Assembly (NCBI RefSeq): GCF_006345805.1
Contig: NC_042999.1
Location: 85,312,001 to 85,376,000 of the forward strand
DNA length: 64,000 nucleotides
Origin: Octopus sinensis
Lineage: Eukaryota
Direction of reading: 5' to 3'
Under the pieces are notes generated by a model. That model was not told where the DNA came from. It saw nothing but the letters and a program-made list of their open reading frames with translations, and ran no database searches. Positions 1-44,742 of the stretch are shown piece after piece (the stretch's first letter is position 1; each line of letters opens with the position of its first letter). The translations under genes and the position numbers were made by a program.

Positions 1-100
1 CTTTTGGTAAAGCGGATGGTATCATTGGTACACAAATCATACTGTGGCCTTTATAACTATAAACAGGCATTGGATGCCCGTCTTTTCCATAGAATTGAAC
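1..100 (+). other. Possible 3' part of a coding exon of an unidentified neighbouring gene
   Basis: Frame 1 is open for 33 codons (LLVKRMVSLVHKSYCGLYNYKQALDARLFHRIE) and ends at a consensus donor GAAC|GTAAGT (101-106). No recognisable motif; could be chance. Confidence 0.2.
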
Positions 101-1019
101 GTAAGTACATTCACTTTCATCTTTTAGTTCTTTCGAATCCATTATTGTTGTGGTTGTTGTTGCTGATGTTGTTTCTGTTGTAGTTTTTGTTCTAGTTTTT
201 GCTCTTGTTGTTGTTGCCACTTCTTTAGCGTCTATTTTCTCAATAAATTCCTAAAATAAGCTTCTGTTGTTCCTTGCAATCTGGGACAAATTAACCGTTC
301 GTGAAAGTTCGCTACAGAAAAATGTAGTCTACCCCAGCTATTCACCTTCTTGTATGTAGGCTGTATAAATAGAAAGATTATTTATTCAAAATCTATGTCA
401 ATGGTTTTGAATTTAAATAAGCATTTTATCAATGGCTCTGAATTTAAATGAAACTAATCTCTCTGTTTACTTTTTATATCTTATATGAGCTATTCTGATA
501 TTTAAAAAATGCAAAGTAACAGGTTTAAAGTCTACGCTAGTTATCATCACATAAGGCGATATCACGGCGGTTAAATGGCATCTGGACTATGGATTAGAGC
601 CGTGGTACTTGACATAGAGAATAAGTGCTATACATGGTACATAGTGCTTACTACATTAATATGAAATAGATGCTACATGGCATTCATAATATTCCATAAT
701 ATCTGAAAAGTAGATGGTAGAAAAGGTAAATTATATAGATGACACATGATAAGAGGATTCTAAATATGACGATGTTTCAGTGATCTTTATTTATGACCTT
801 ACTTAAAATGCGTTTTTAAGTTGTGAAATTGTCTATTTAGTTTAATGTTCCGAGAACTGAATGAAAACGTAAAGAGTATCTGTCGCGAAAAATGTTTCAC
901 CTCTAAGTCGTTTTTAAACATAAAGGAATATGGGTTTGCAGATTCTTTAGTAAGTTATGCTATGTAAATGTGTGTATGTGTGCATATACACACATACACA
1001 CATACACACATAGACACAC

Positions 1020-1340
<321 letters not shown>

Positions 1341-2493
1341 GCACGCATTTGTGTAAAACGGCGGTGGTTGATCTTGAACTTCCTCTACATTTCGTCATCC
1401 TTGTATCTGCACTCATCGCTATTCCAAGTTCTTCCTCTCCAGGATATTGTCTCTCTTTAATCTACTCTCTGTTGACTTAAAACAGTTCACGCATAACACT
1501 AACATCATCAAATACAATAGTCTTGGAATGTCTACATAAGCCATGAGCAGTACCCTTCCCTCCAGGTCCAACAAGGATATCCTCATAACAAATCTGTTCT
1601 TAAGGTAGTGAAGCTACACGACAGAATCTGCTATTTGACTAGACTGTGAAACGTTTGACTGTCTCTCACTATACCTTACTAAGATTCCATTGTCAAGAAA
1701 AACGACTTCCGCTGAAGCTGCGATAGATTCATTACATCTCACCTAGAAACCAATGTCTTTGCTTTCCCAGATAACGATGCGTCTAGACATCCATGTGCAA
1801 CAGAAAATGATGATTGTGCAATCCCTTCCTATGAGACAGTATCGCTAAAACAGAAAGTGTCCAAGTCTTTAAAATATAGAAAACGCGCACACTCACACAC
1901 ACAAGCACATCCACACACACAAACACGTACACACAAACACACACACATACACAAGCACGCACGCATGCACGTACATAAAATGGAAGGAAGCACATACGCA
2001 CGTGTACTCAGACGATATGCACACTTATAGCACGAGTGGAATTTCACTCATACAAACATACAAAATCATGTATGTATGCACACAGTAAGGAGTTCAGATT
2101 CCCACAGACTCCAAAAGTTATTTAAAGTGCTTTAAATAAAACCCTTGATTCAATAACACTGTGTATGAACTCTATACCATAGAATAGAGCGTCCACTGCT
2201 TTTTTCTTTTGGTTGCTTACGGGTTGTATAATCTATATTTTTAGAAATTAGAGTGAAATAATATGGCCCGTAATTGCTAGCTGTCTTAGCTTTTGACCTA
2301 GTGTTATATGTGTGCATGCGGGGCAATTATCCAGACCCCGGGTTTTCCCGGGGTTCTAGTATAGTGTATGTGTGGTCTGTTGTGATTCTGATGGTTGGCA
2401 TGTGGTTGTGATATGATTTGAGATATATGTTGCTTGAGCCTAGTATTTGAGATGTATTTTATTTGTTGGGAGAATATATATATATATATCAAT

Positions 2494-2571
<78 letters not shown>

Positions 2572-2582
2572 ATATATATATG

Positions 2583-2636
<54 letters not shown>

Positions 2637-2648
2637 TATATATATATA

Positions 2649-3395
2649 CTAGCTTAAGGTGACCCGCTCTACGAGCGGGTAAGAGTGTGGTTGTTACTTT
2701 CTGTTCCTTCCTTTCTGTTTTTTATCACCACATTCTCCCTCTTTGTTTCTTTCTCCTTTCTCTCTCATTTTCTCACTCTCTTACTCTTCCATTCTCTCGG
2801 ACTCGCCCTCGCTTTCTCTTACTCTCTATCTTTCTCTATCTATCTCTCTCCCATTTATAAACAAAAAACGATCTTGAGTAAGTTGAGAAAAAAATATTTT
2901 GAAACATCAATCATACATATCAGGCAGTGACAACGGAAAGGTTTGCTTCAAGGCAGACAGCAAAACACTAACATTTAAAAGGGACAAACGAACTTGCAAG
3001 CTGAATAAAAAAAAATATTGGAAACCAAAGTTTGAAGGGATAGAATCTAAGGTTAGTAGACTCACCATGGCTGGCATTTCTTAACGACGGACAGCAACGT
3101 AGTAGCAGTTTAACGGTTGGCGTAAAGTTTTGAATTTGATGCAAAAGAAAATTCCTAAACACCCGCTCCTGTAAATTTTAATCCCCTTCCAGCCCCATTT
3201 AGACTCCTTTTCACATTTTGGTTAATATAACCTGATTTCATTCGGGTCTACTCGGACCACATTTTATAAGATGAGGAATTTTGTCCTAGAGGTCACGCCT
3301 TTCATTTGAGGAAAAAAATAGTTGCCATGCAAACTCGCCAGCACTATTAACATAGGTGTGCATATTTTCAGCTCAACTGACCACATAATGCACAC

Positions 3396-3428
<33 letters not shown>

Positions 3429-3548
3429 GCATTAAATATATATATGTACATATATACGCATTATATATATATGTGTGTGTGCGTACGCATTATATATACA
3501 AATGTATACAAATTATATTATATATATATGTATATATATATATATAGA
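2649..3548 (-). mobile_element. Non-autonomous Helitron-like element (3' end clear, 5' end tentative)
   Basis: Minus strand ends with an 8-bp GC-rich hairpin ACCCGCTC-gta-GAGCGGGT (2662-2680), 9 nt, then CTAG|T (2649-2652). Tentative A|TC start at 3548 beside a TA array. Confidence 0.5.
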
Positions 3549-3696
3549 TAAGAAAGTTTGTTTGGTAAAGCACGTGGGTGAATATATAAGAAAATAGTAA
3601 AGAGTGAAAAAACGACAGAAGGCTTAAATGTTAAAAAATATATATATTTGCGTCAAAATGTCTGGAGAATATTGGAAAAGTTTTTTTTTCCCCTCC

Positions 3697-4200
3697 TTAA
3701 AATGACATAATTTTATAATTTTTAAAGAAATACCGGTTTCTCTGTATTATTGAGTTCGGATAGTTGAGTCTGGGTTTGTACTTTTCAATGAAGAATGTTT
3801 CCTTATTTAGTCTAATTTGTGATGATGATCCGAAAGCACATTGGTAAAATGGAAAGATTAAAAATTGTGGTTGTAGTTGCTTTGCGCATTTCTCAATGTG
3901 CTCACTAAAAGGTATCATTCTATATTCTGGGAATGCAATCTGTTGTCGATGCAGTGTGCATCTACGTCTGAGTGATAGTTCCGTGGACCCCACGTAGTCT
4001 TGGAGGCAGCCCGAGCATTTAATGACATAAATTATGTTTTCAGAGGCACAAGTAAAGTTAGATTTGATCTTGAATTTCTGTCCCTCTTTAAAGAAGAATT
4101 CTGATCCTTCCAATAGGTTAGGACATGTTGCACTGTATTTTTAGTTGGTTCATGTTTAGTTTCTTTGATCAGGGCTTGCGTTTCCTACGTTTTACACCTT
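3697..4200 (-). mobile_element. Penelope-like retroelement GIY-YIG endonuclease remnant
   Basis: FTCASENIIYVIKCSGCLQDYVGST...LRRRCTLHRQQI...KETFFIEKYKPRLN: GIY/YIG motifs with an intervening CxxC. Confidence 0.85.
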
Positions 4201-4210
4201 AAGTTCACAT

Positions 4211-4335
4211 TTGGACTCACGAAATGTCGTTCCAATGTCTTTAGAGAACTGGGTTATGAAATCCAGATACTTTTTTTAAGGTTAATATTTGTCCCATACA
4301 ACTTTAGGTCATCCACAAAAACAAAAAGATGAGGC
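4211..4335 (-). mobile_element. Non-LTR (RLE, R4/Dong-like) reverse transcriptase fragment; second copy near 22310-22440
   Basis: FVDDLKLYG...DFITQFSKDIGTTFRESKC, with one frameshift. Confidence 0.7.
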
Positions 4336-5438
4336 ATATGATATTATTGAATAAATTCGTATAGCAGCTATGTTTTGTAATCAGGTATAACAGGAGATAT
4401 AATTAGAAAACGAAAAGCAGTATCGACATGCTATCTCTTTAAAGGATGCTTGTTTTGCTAGTGTGTGATATCAGATATACATTTGTTTGTTTTGTAGCTA
4501 TGCTTATTATTTCTCCATTATTCTTAATTATTTTCCTCTTTTTAAATTAGGCATTTACAATAGCGGTTTAGTTTAATAAACTCCCAACCACTCTGTATTC
4601 GTGAAAAAAATAATTCTCTTAAATCACATTTTCAGTGATGTTTTCAAATACAGTTATTATTGTTTTGTATTTTACTGTTCGTTCAGTTTAAATTCTAGTA
4701 GAGAAAATTATAATTCTGACTGTTAGAGTTTTAATACCCAATACTTTATATTTTGCATTTCTTCTGTTTTAAATATCAATCCGAAGTCTAGATAACATCC
4801 TTTCTAACCTTTTCTTTCATTTCTGTGATGTAATCTGTCTGGTTCAATGATTCCTAAGAATTTTTTACATCCTTATTTGTTGTAATTCTTTTATCTATTT
4901 TTCTTTAATAAGCTCGATATAACTGTCCATAATATATTTTCGTCTCTTCAAATTTACCTTATGCATTTTACTAATCTGAATTCCATTTCAATTTCTTTAG
5001 TAAGTCAGTCTTCTTTATGCGACAGTGTCTCTCCATAATTTTATTTGAGTAAAAAGAATTACAAGATACGCGTGATAAATCTATAATTCAACTGCTTAGT
5101 TGCTTAGTACACATGGCTTCATAGAGAATTTGGTCATACATAAATCTCGAAATATTACATTGAATATGTAATATTAAAGAAGAGAACTTTAAAATTAATA
5201 GAACATCCAATCTCCATAAATATTTATATTCTTTTATTTGAGTTTATTCAATGATGACTACAATATAAGAACGCGAGTTTTAAATAATTTTTTGAACAAC
5301 TAAAATCTATGATTTATAATCACTTACAATGTTCTTATATTATGCATTTATTTCATTAATAAGCCGTTACAAATTTTCATATTAGGACTAAAACTTTCAG
5401 CTAGTACAAAACGCTCATTTCTAAAATCAGTGAATACT

Positions 5439-20802
<15,364 letters not shown>

Positions 20803-21305
20803 GGTCTTTCTTCGTTTACTATTAACGTCTGAAAATAAGTTGCAATTGTTTCTGATCTAAAAGAAATATCTTTTTTATATGCTTTGTTGCAGTTTGTGAC
20901 AAATATGTGTGTGTGTGGGGGTGATTTGATATTCTAGATACACACACACATACACATATGCACACATGCACATATACATTACATGTGCATTGAAATTCAC
21001 CTCTTTGCATATTAATTAGGGAGAAACTTTAACATCTACATATGTGCATATACATTTCATCCGGGACCTTAATCTCGATAGATTTTGTATATCCGCTTTA
21101 TATATTTTACAAAATAATTTGACTATAAATAGAATACAAATTTCAAATATAACACTATATCATATAATGAAATGCTGACGTATTTTCCCTCATAAAACTG
21201 GTTTTTTTTGGAGGGGGGTTGTTATCAAGCAACTATGTTGCACTCGCGGTAATAGTTTCGGCTGAGATTAGCAACTAGCGCACAATAATGGTTTGGTGTA
21301 TATTT

Positions 21306-21636
21306 TTAAAAAAAAGACTCCGCCGGTTACGACGACGAGGGTCCCAGCTGATACGATCAACGGAACAGCTTGCTCGTGAAATTAACGTGCAAATGGCTGA
21401 GCATTCCACAGACACGTGTACCCTTAACGTAGTTCTCGGGGATAATCAGCGTGACACAGAGAGTGACAAGGCTGACCCTTTGAAATACAAGTACAACTCA
21501 TTTTTGCCAGCTGAGTGGACTGGAGCAACGTGAAATAAAGTGTCTTGCTCAAGGACACAACGCGTCGCCGGGAATCGAACTCACAACCTTACGATCATGA
21601 GCCGAATGCCCTAACCACTAAGCCACGCGCCCTCAC
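21306..21636 (-). mobile_element. tRNA-headed SINE inserted only in unit 1, with 11-bp TSD
   Basis: TSD ggtgtatattt at 21295-21305 and 21637-21647; single empty site at 39688-39698; head gtgagggcgcgtggcttagtggttagg...gagttcgattcc. Confidence 0.9.
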
Positions 21637-21659
21637 GGTGTATATTTACATCAATAGCT

Positions 21660-21936
21660 TTAACCAGTTTACGGCAGTGATTCATTCGGTTGCCTGGGCG
21701 CGGCAACGGAAATCGCGCCGATTGAGGTCAGCATTCAGTGCATATATTTACGTCAACCGCTTTAGTGCAAGTGCTATTTTTATATCTTAACTATATTCCT
21801 GTGCAGAAGCTCGTGCGGTATTATTCCTGAATAAGATCACTCGACAGCACAAGTCAGATCAATTTCATGTATTTACAATCGCGTAAATTCAAAAATTTAC
21901 TTTAGTGTGGTAGAGTTCAAAGCAGGGTACTACACG
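21660..21936 (-). mobile_element. piggyBac 3' end, truncated by the duplication junction
   Basis: Matches 39711-39987; encodes only the last residues ([11 protein letters not shown]). Confidence 0.75.
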
Positions 21937-22079
21937 GTTCTCCCGGTGTTCTAATATAGTGTATGTGTAGTCTGTTGTGATTCTGATGGTTGGCATACGG
22001 TTGTGATATGATTTTAGATATATGTTGCTTGAGCCCAGTATTAGAGATGTATTTTATTTGTTGGGAGAATATATATATT

Positions 22080-22145
<66 letters not shown>

Positions 22146-23523
22146 TTCTTGTCCTCTTTGTATTGTCGTGTTCATCATAGCTGGTATGCTCTTCTTGTTT
22201 AAAATACGTCTAATGTTCCCCAGATAGTAAAGACTGTATTTTTAGTTGGTTCATGTTTAGTTTCTTTGATCAGGGCTTGCGTTTCCTACGTTTTACCACC
22301 TTAAGTTCACATTTGGACTCACGAAATGTCATTCCAATGTCTTTAGAGAACTGGGTTATGAAATCCAGATACTTTTTTTAAGGTTAATATTTGTCCCATA
22401 CACCTTTAGGTCATCCACAAAAACAAAAAGATGAGAGATGTGATATTATTGAATAAATTCCTATAGCAGCTATGTTTTGTAATCAGGTATAACAGGAGAT
22501 ATAATTAGAAAACGAAAAGCAGTATCGACATGCTATCTCTTTAAAAGATGCTTGTTTTGCTAGTGTGTGATATCAGATATACATTTGTTTGTTTTGTAGC
22601 TATGCTTATTATTTCTCCATTATTCTTAATTATTTTCCTCTTTTTAAATTAGGCATTTACAATAGCGGTTTAGTTTAATAAACTCCCAACCACTCTGTAT
22701 TCGTGAAAAAAATAATTCTCTTAAATCACATTTTCAGTGATGTTTTCAAATACAGTTATTATTGTTTTGTATTTTACTGTTCGTTCAGTTTAAATTCTAG
22801 TAGAGAAAATTATAATTCTGACTGTTAGAGTTTTAATACCCAATACTTTATATTTTGCATTTCTTCTGTTTTAAATATCAATCCGAAGCCTAGATAACAT
22901 CCTTTCTAACCTTTTCTTTCATTTCTGCGATGTAATCTGTCTGGTTCAATGATTCCTAACAATTTTTTTAAATCCTTGTTTGTTGTAATTCTTTTATCTA
23001 TTTTTCTTTAATAAGCTCGATATAACTGTCCATAATATATTTTCGTCTCTTCATATTTACCTTATGCATTTTACTAATCTGAATTCCATTTCAATTTCTT
23101 TAGTAAATCAGTCTTCTTTATGCGACAGTGTCTCTCCATAAGTTTATTTGAGTAAAAAGAATTACAAGATACGCGTGATAAATCTATAATTCAACTGCTT
23201 AGTTGCTTAGTACACATGGCTTCATAGAGAATTTGGTCATACATAAATCTCGAAATATTACATTGAATATGTAATATTAAAGAAGAGAACTTTAAAATTA
23301 ATAGGACATCCAATCTCCATAAATATTTATATTCAATGATAACTACAATATAAGAACGCGAGTTTTAAATAATTTTTTGAACAACTAAAATCTATGAATT
23401 ATAATCACTTACAATGTTCTTTTATTATGCATTTATTTCATTAATAAACCGTTACAAATTTTCATATTAGGACTAAAACTTTCAGCTAGTACAAAACGCT
23501 CATTTCTAAAATCAGTGAATACT

Positions 23524-39196
<15,673 letters not shown>

Positions 39197-39710
39197 GGTC
39201 TTTCTTCGTTTACTATTATCGTCTGAAAATAAGTTGCAATTGTTTCTGATCTAAAAGAAATATCTTTTTTCTATGTTTTGTTTACAGTTTGTGACAAATA
39301 TGTGTGTGTGTGTGTGTGTGACTTGATATTCTAGATAAACACACATATGGACACATGCACATGCATTACATGTCACATTGAAATTCACCTCTTTGCATAA
39401 CAATTGGGAAGAAACTTTATCTAACATCTACATATGTGCATATACATTCCATCCAGGACGTTGATCTCGATAGAGTTTGTATATCCGCTTTATATATTTT
39501 ACAAAATAATTTGACTATAAATAGAATACAAATTTCAAATATAACACTATATCATATAATGAAATGCTGACGTATTTTCCCTCATAAAACTGGTTTTTTT
39601 TGGAGGGGGGGTTGTTATCAAGCAACTATGTTGCACTCGCGGTAATAGTTTCGGCTGAGATTAGCAACTAGCGCACAATAATGGTTTGGTGTATATTTAC
39701 ATCAATAGCT

Positions 39711-40880
<1,170 letters not shown>

Positions 40881-41069
40881 TGGGGGACATACACCGTTCT
40901 AAAATATAACGACAGTAACTCAGAGGGCATAATATTCAAGCGCTACAGATTTGTTAAGGAAATGGAGAATTTTCCTAAAAATAAAGCCTGTGATTGTGCC
41001 AAGGAAGATTGATGTCCACGAGGAAATTTTTGTAGAGAAAAAGGCGTAAGGTAACATCAGAGAGACAGG

Positions 41070-41560
41070 AGTACTATTATATAGGTACATTATTTACATT
41101 GGACGGATATGTCTCCTCAGGTTGTTTATTGTTAACACAGCGTTTCGGCTGATTTATTCTCCAGCCTTCATCAAGTGTCCTGATAGAATTTTGAACCTAA
41201 CCCTGGGTTCTCATTCCTAAGGTATTTTTTGCTGATATTATTATTAATTATTGTTATTATTTATTCAAGTCATTGCCTGGAAGTGAACTCGGAATCTTGG
41301 GATTAGTAACTCGCACTCTCCACCATTACGCTATATGCCGGTGGGCAGTTATAGAGTGAATTTTAGGGTTTATAAACCCAATATTTTTGTATGCTTCCTT
41401 AATACCGGTTCCCATATTCTACTCATATCTTTACTAGGTCTGCTTAAGAGGTTATTGTGCTGTAGCATATGTGCTACCTCTTTTAGTTTTCGTATTTTCC
41501 GGTGGTGTTCCCTGTCTATTATTTTAACTTCATCCCACAGGAGAAGGTGGTCTCCGTTTT
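41070..41560 (-). mobile_element. Penelope-like 3' fragment: endonuclease C-terminus, tRNA-like segment, (AAT)n and degenerate hammerhead pLTR
   Basis: LWDEVKIIDREHHRKIRKLKEVAHM; GACAC-TTGATGA-A-GGCTG...CAGCC-GAAAC-GCT at 41134-41180 (two core substitutions). Confidence 0.7.
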
Positions 41561-41579
41561 TCCATAATGAGCAGCTGTA

Positions 41580-42245
41580 CCCGATTTTTCAACTCTTCCA
41601 GTTTTCATTTCCAGTCACAAATTGTTTCAAAAAGGTATGCTTTCATTCCGTTTCAAAAGCGTATCACAAACGGAATACTAGTCCAAACAATTCTTCTCTG
41701 AGAGTTTGTGAGAGACCTATATATTACAGTGAGAAATGTATCCTAGATTCACTAGGTGTTCATAAGCTGTACTTTTAGCAACTTCCAACTCCTCTGCAGT
41801 TCTCTAGTCGTGATATTTTAGTTTCATTCGATTTTTGCCTTCAAAATATCTTCATCCAATTTTGAAGGTCTTCCAATGTCGACTGTCATCCTCCAAGCTA
41901 AACTCTGCAGCTTAAAATTTTTCAAGCCACCTTCGAGCACTTGATTCACCTACAGCATCATCACCATAAACTTCACAAATGTTTTTGCAAGTCTTTGCAG
42001 CATTTTCTCCTTTAAAAAAAAAAAGCATTACAATGTGTATATGAAATTTTTGGTCATCCATTTTAAATGTCAATAAAGGGTAACCGGAATGAAAGATAAA
42101 TCTGTTTTTTAGTCAGAAACAAAGAAGTAATGCACTACCACTTCAAGCAACGCCAAAGTTTTAATTGTATTACGTTTCGAGTGTGTCCAATGAAGCGTTA
42201 AAAGATTTAGCTTAAAACACTCAGCACTTTCCGGACAGCCTAATA
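41580..42245 (-). mobile_element. mariner 5' half (TIR, HTH domain and first catalytic block), decayed
   Basis: TA-TTAGGCTGTCCGGAAAGT terminus near 42245; KGENAAKTCKNICEVYGDDAV...GRP...TTRELA...VSHKLSE...FLKQFVTGNE. Confidence 0.8.
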
Positions 42246-42260
42246 TATATATATATATAT

Positions 42261-42379
<119 letters not shown>

Positions 42380-42394
42380 ATATGTATGTATATA

Positions 42395-42477
<83 letters not shown>

Positions 42478-42478
<1 letters not shown>

Positions 42479-42715
42479 GGCGCAATGGCCCAGTGGTTAG
42501 AGCAGCGGGCTCGCGGTCGTAGGATCGCGGTTTCGCTTCCCAGGCCGGGCGTTGTGAGTATTTATTGAACGAAAACACCTAAAAGCTCCACGAGGCTCCG
42601 GCAGGGGTGGTGATCCCTGCTGTACTCTTTCACCACTCTTTCTCCCACTCTTTCTTCTGTTGGCCTGCTCGCTTAGCCAGCGGGGTGACGTCATTCAAAG
42701 GCTAAAACAATACGA
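42478..42715 (+). mobile_element. tRNA-headed SINE (family 3), partial
   Basis: aggcgcaatggcccagtggttagagcagcgg...ggtttcgcttcc A/B boxes. Confidence 0.8.
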
Positions 42716-42760
42716 ATATATAATATTATCCGAAAAGTATAGTGTTAAATATCCATCACA

Positions 42761-42853
42761 GCTGATCTTACCATTCGGTTTCGCGTAAAGAATACAACGG
42801 AGTGCTAAGTAACAATCCAATAATTATATAACATTACGCTCATCAGAGTTAGC
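42761..42853 (-). ncRNA. Type I hammerhead motif in the inverted 5' pLTR
   Basis: GCTAACT-CTGATGA-GCGTAA...TTACGC-GAA-ACC gaat GGT-A-AGATCAGC. Confidence 0.7.
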
Positions 42854-44462
42854 CGATTTCGAAGGGGATTTGGCAGCTGCTCACTGTTGTCGGAGGTGGG
42901 TTTGCACAGCCGGTCAGCGGCTGCTGTGAAAAAAGATGGACCTGGAATCTGGTGCCTATATGCCCTTCAGGAAACCAAATGAGAAGTTGTCCTACATTAA
43001 CACAGGTTCCTGCCATCCAGCTATAGTGTTCAGGAGCCTAGTTAAGGGCGTCAGCATGAGAAATCTCCAGCTTATCTTCAAGCAAAGATATCTTTTATGC
43101 TGCCGCCCCGTACTACAACAAGGCTCTGACTGCTAGCGGTTTCAAGGATAATATTAGTTACCCTAACCCCCACCAAGAGAAAGTGCCACCGGAAAGTATT
43201 GTGCTTCACGCCGCCATTCGTTTTAAACGTTAAGACCAGAGTAGGTAAGATCTTCCTTAGTTTAGTTGATAGACACTTCCCCCGTACCGATAGATTCAGC
43301 AAAATATTTAACAGACACACCCTCATATTATCCTTTAGCTGTGCACGTAGTGTAAAAAAAGGTTTTAGCTGGTAGGCCCACACCCGAGGAAGAGACAGGA
43401 TGCTCATGCAGTAGTAACACAATTTGTACACTGAACGGCCCCTGCAATACAGAGACAGTTGTTTACGAGACAGAAGTAACAACAACAGGACAACCGGGCA
43501 TGCAGAAGTATGTAGGGCAACGGAAGACCACTTCAGAACCCGCTTTAATAACAAGCCCTCCTTCGACAGCCTAGAGAGACGTAACGCCACTATCCTAGTC
43601 AAACACGTCTGAACGTGAAAGCGCCACGAATACAGCCTAAAGTCGAAGATCCTCGAAAAATGCAAACCGTACTTCAATAACAGCAGGAAGTGCATCTTGT
43701 GCCTGGCTGAAAAGAGAAGAATTTTAAAAGGTACCCAACACCCGGATATCTACCTGAATAGCAGGAGTGAGGTGTTTAATCTTTGCCCGCATGCTAGGAA
43801 GTACATCCTATTGTACCTGCGCGCCCCACCATAACTGTAACCACAGGTCCCCTGCCTCGAACCTTAACCCTCCGCCAACGACCATCCAGCAATGCCCTCG
43901 GGCCCAGCAAAAAGAGTTTGACCAAAGAACACACCAATGCACCCCTGTACATACACGCACACTCCTATAAGGCTAACACTCCATAAAATAAGGCTGAGAC
44001 TCCACCACCCCAACACTTACCCCTGCACACAATTTCTACCCCCACACATGCACAGACCTCCACACATGCACAGACCCCCATACATGCACAGACCCCCGCA
44101 CACACATTACACATTACAAACCACTCGCTAAAAAAAAAACCACGACTTTATCCTTTGCAGAAAGAACACAGGCCAACGAACACAGCTATATATACCTACA
44201 CCCCGGATAAAATTATGCATATGACTCCACTACACATATCAAACATCCCACCCCACAGGAGCACCACATTAATAATACACATCTTCCCCACTTCAAGATA
44301 ACTCTTGCCGACTTAACAGCATAGCCAATCAAGGGACATAACTCCTAACCAAATCCCCTTGCCCCTTTTTCGTTTCATCATCCATTTTCACAGCAGCCGC
44401 TGACCGGTTGTGCTAATCCACCTCTGACAATAGAGAGCAGTTGCCATATTCCCTTCGATATC

Positions 44463-44554
44463 GGCTAACTCTGATGAGCATAAAGTTATATAATCGGATT
44501 GTTACCTAACACTCCATTGTATTCTTTACGTGAAACCAATTGGTAAGCTCAGCC
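44463..44554 (+). ncRNA. Type I hammerhead motif in the 3' pLTR
   Basis: GGCTAACT-CTGATGA-GCATAAAG...CTTTACGT-GAA-ACC aatt GGT-A-AGCTCAGCC; palindromic ACCAATTGGT stem III. Confidence 0.65.
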
Positions 44555-44662
44555 GTGATGGATATTAAATACTATACTTTTCGGATGATGTACCTACTCT
44601 ACTGACAGATATACGAGTGCATCTTTTCACTGACTTGTAGTCTCTTTGACGACTCACATACG

Positions 44663-44742
<80 letters not shown>

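Larger units (their letters stand above)
42725..44588 (+). mobile_element. 5'-truncated Penelope-like element (RT thumb + GIY-YIG) bracketed by ~205-bp inverted pseudo-LTRs
   Basis: PFRKPNEKLSYINTGSCHP; GCSCSSNTICTLNG; VVYE...KYVG; CILCLAEK...LNSRSEVFNLCPH (frameshifted). Arms 42725-42931 / 44385-44588. Confidence 0.88.

Noticed and set aside
1500-1590. Minus-strand ILVGPGGKGT...TIVFDDVSVM resembling Walker A/B of a PIF1/Helitron helicase
   Set aside because: No GKT/S, the spacing is far too short, and the frame is flanked by stops; probably chance.
43600-43625. In-frame TGA codons in the Penelope endonuclease as selenocysteine
   Set aside because: They fall at the conserved W and L positions (HVW.LK-like), not at Cys, and the ORF is also frameshifted.
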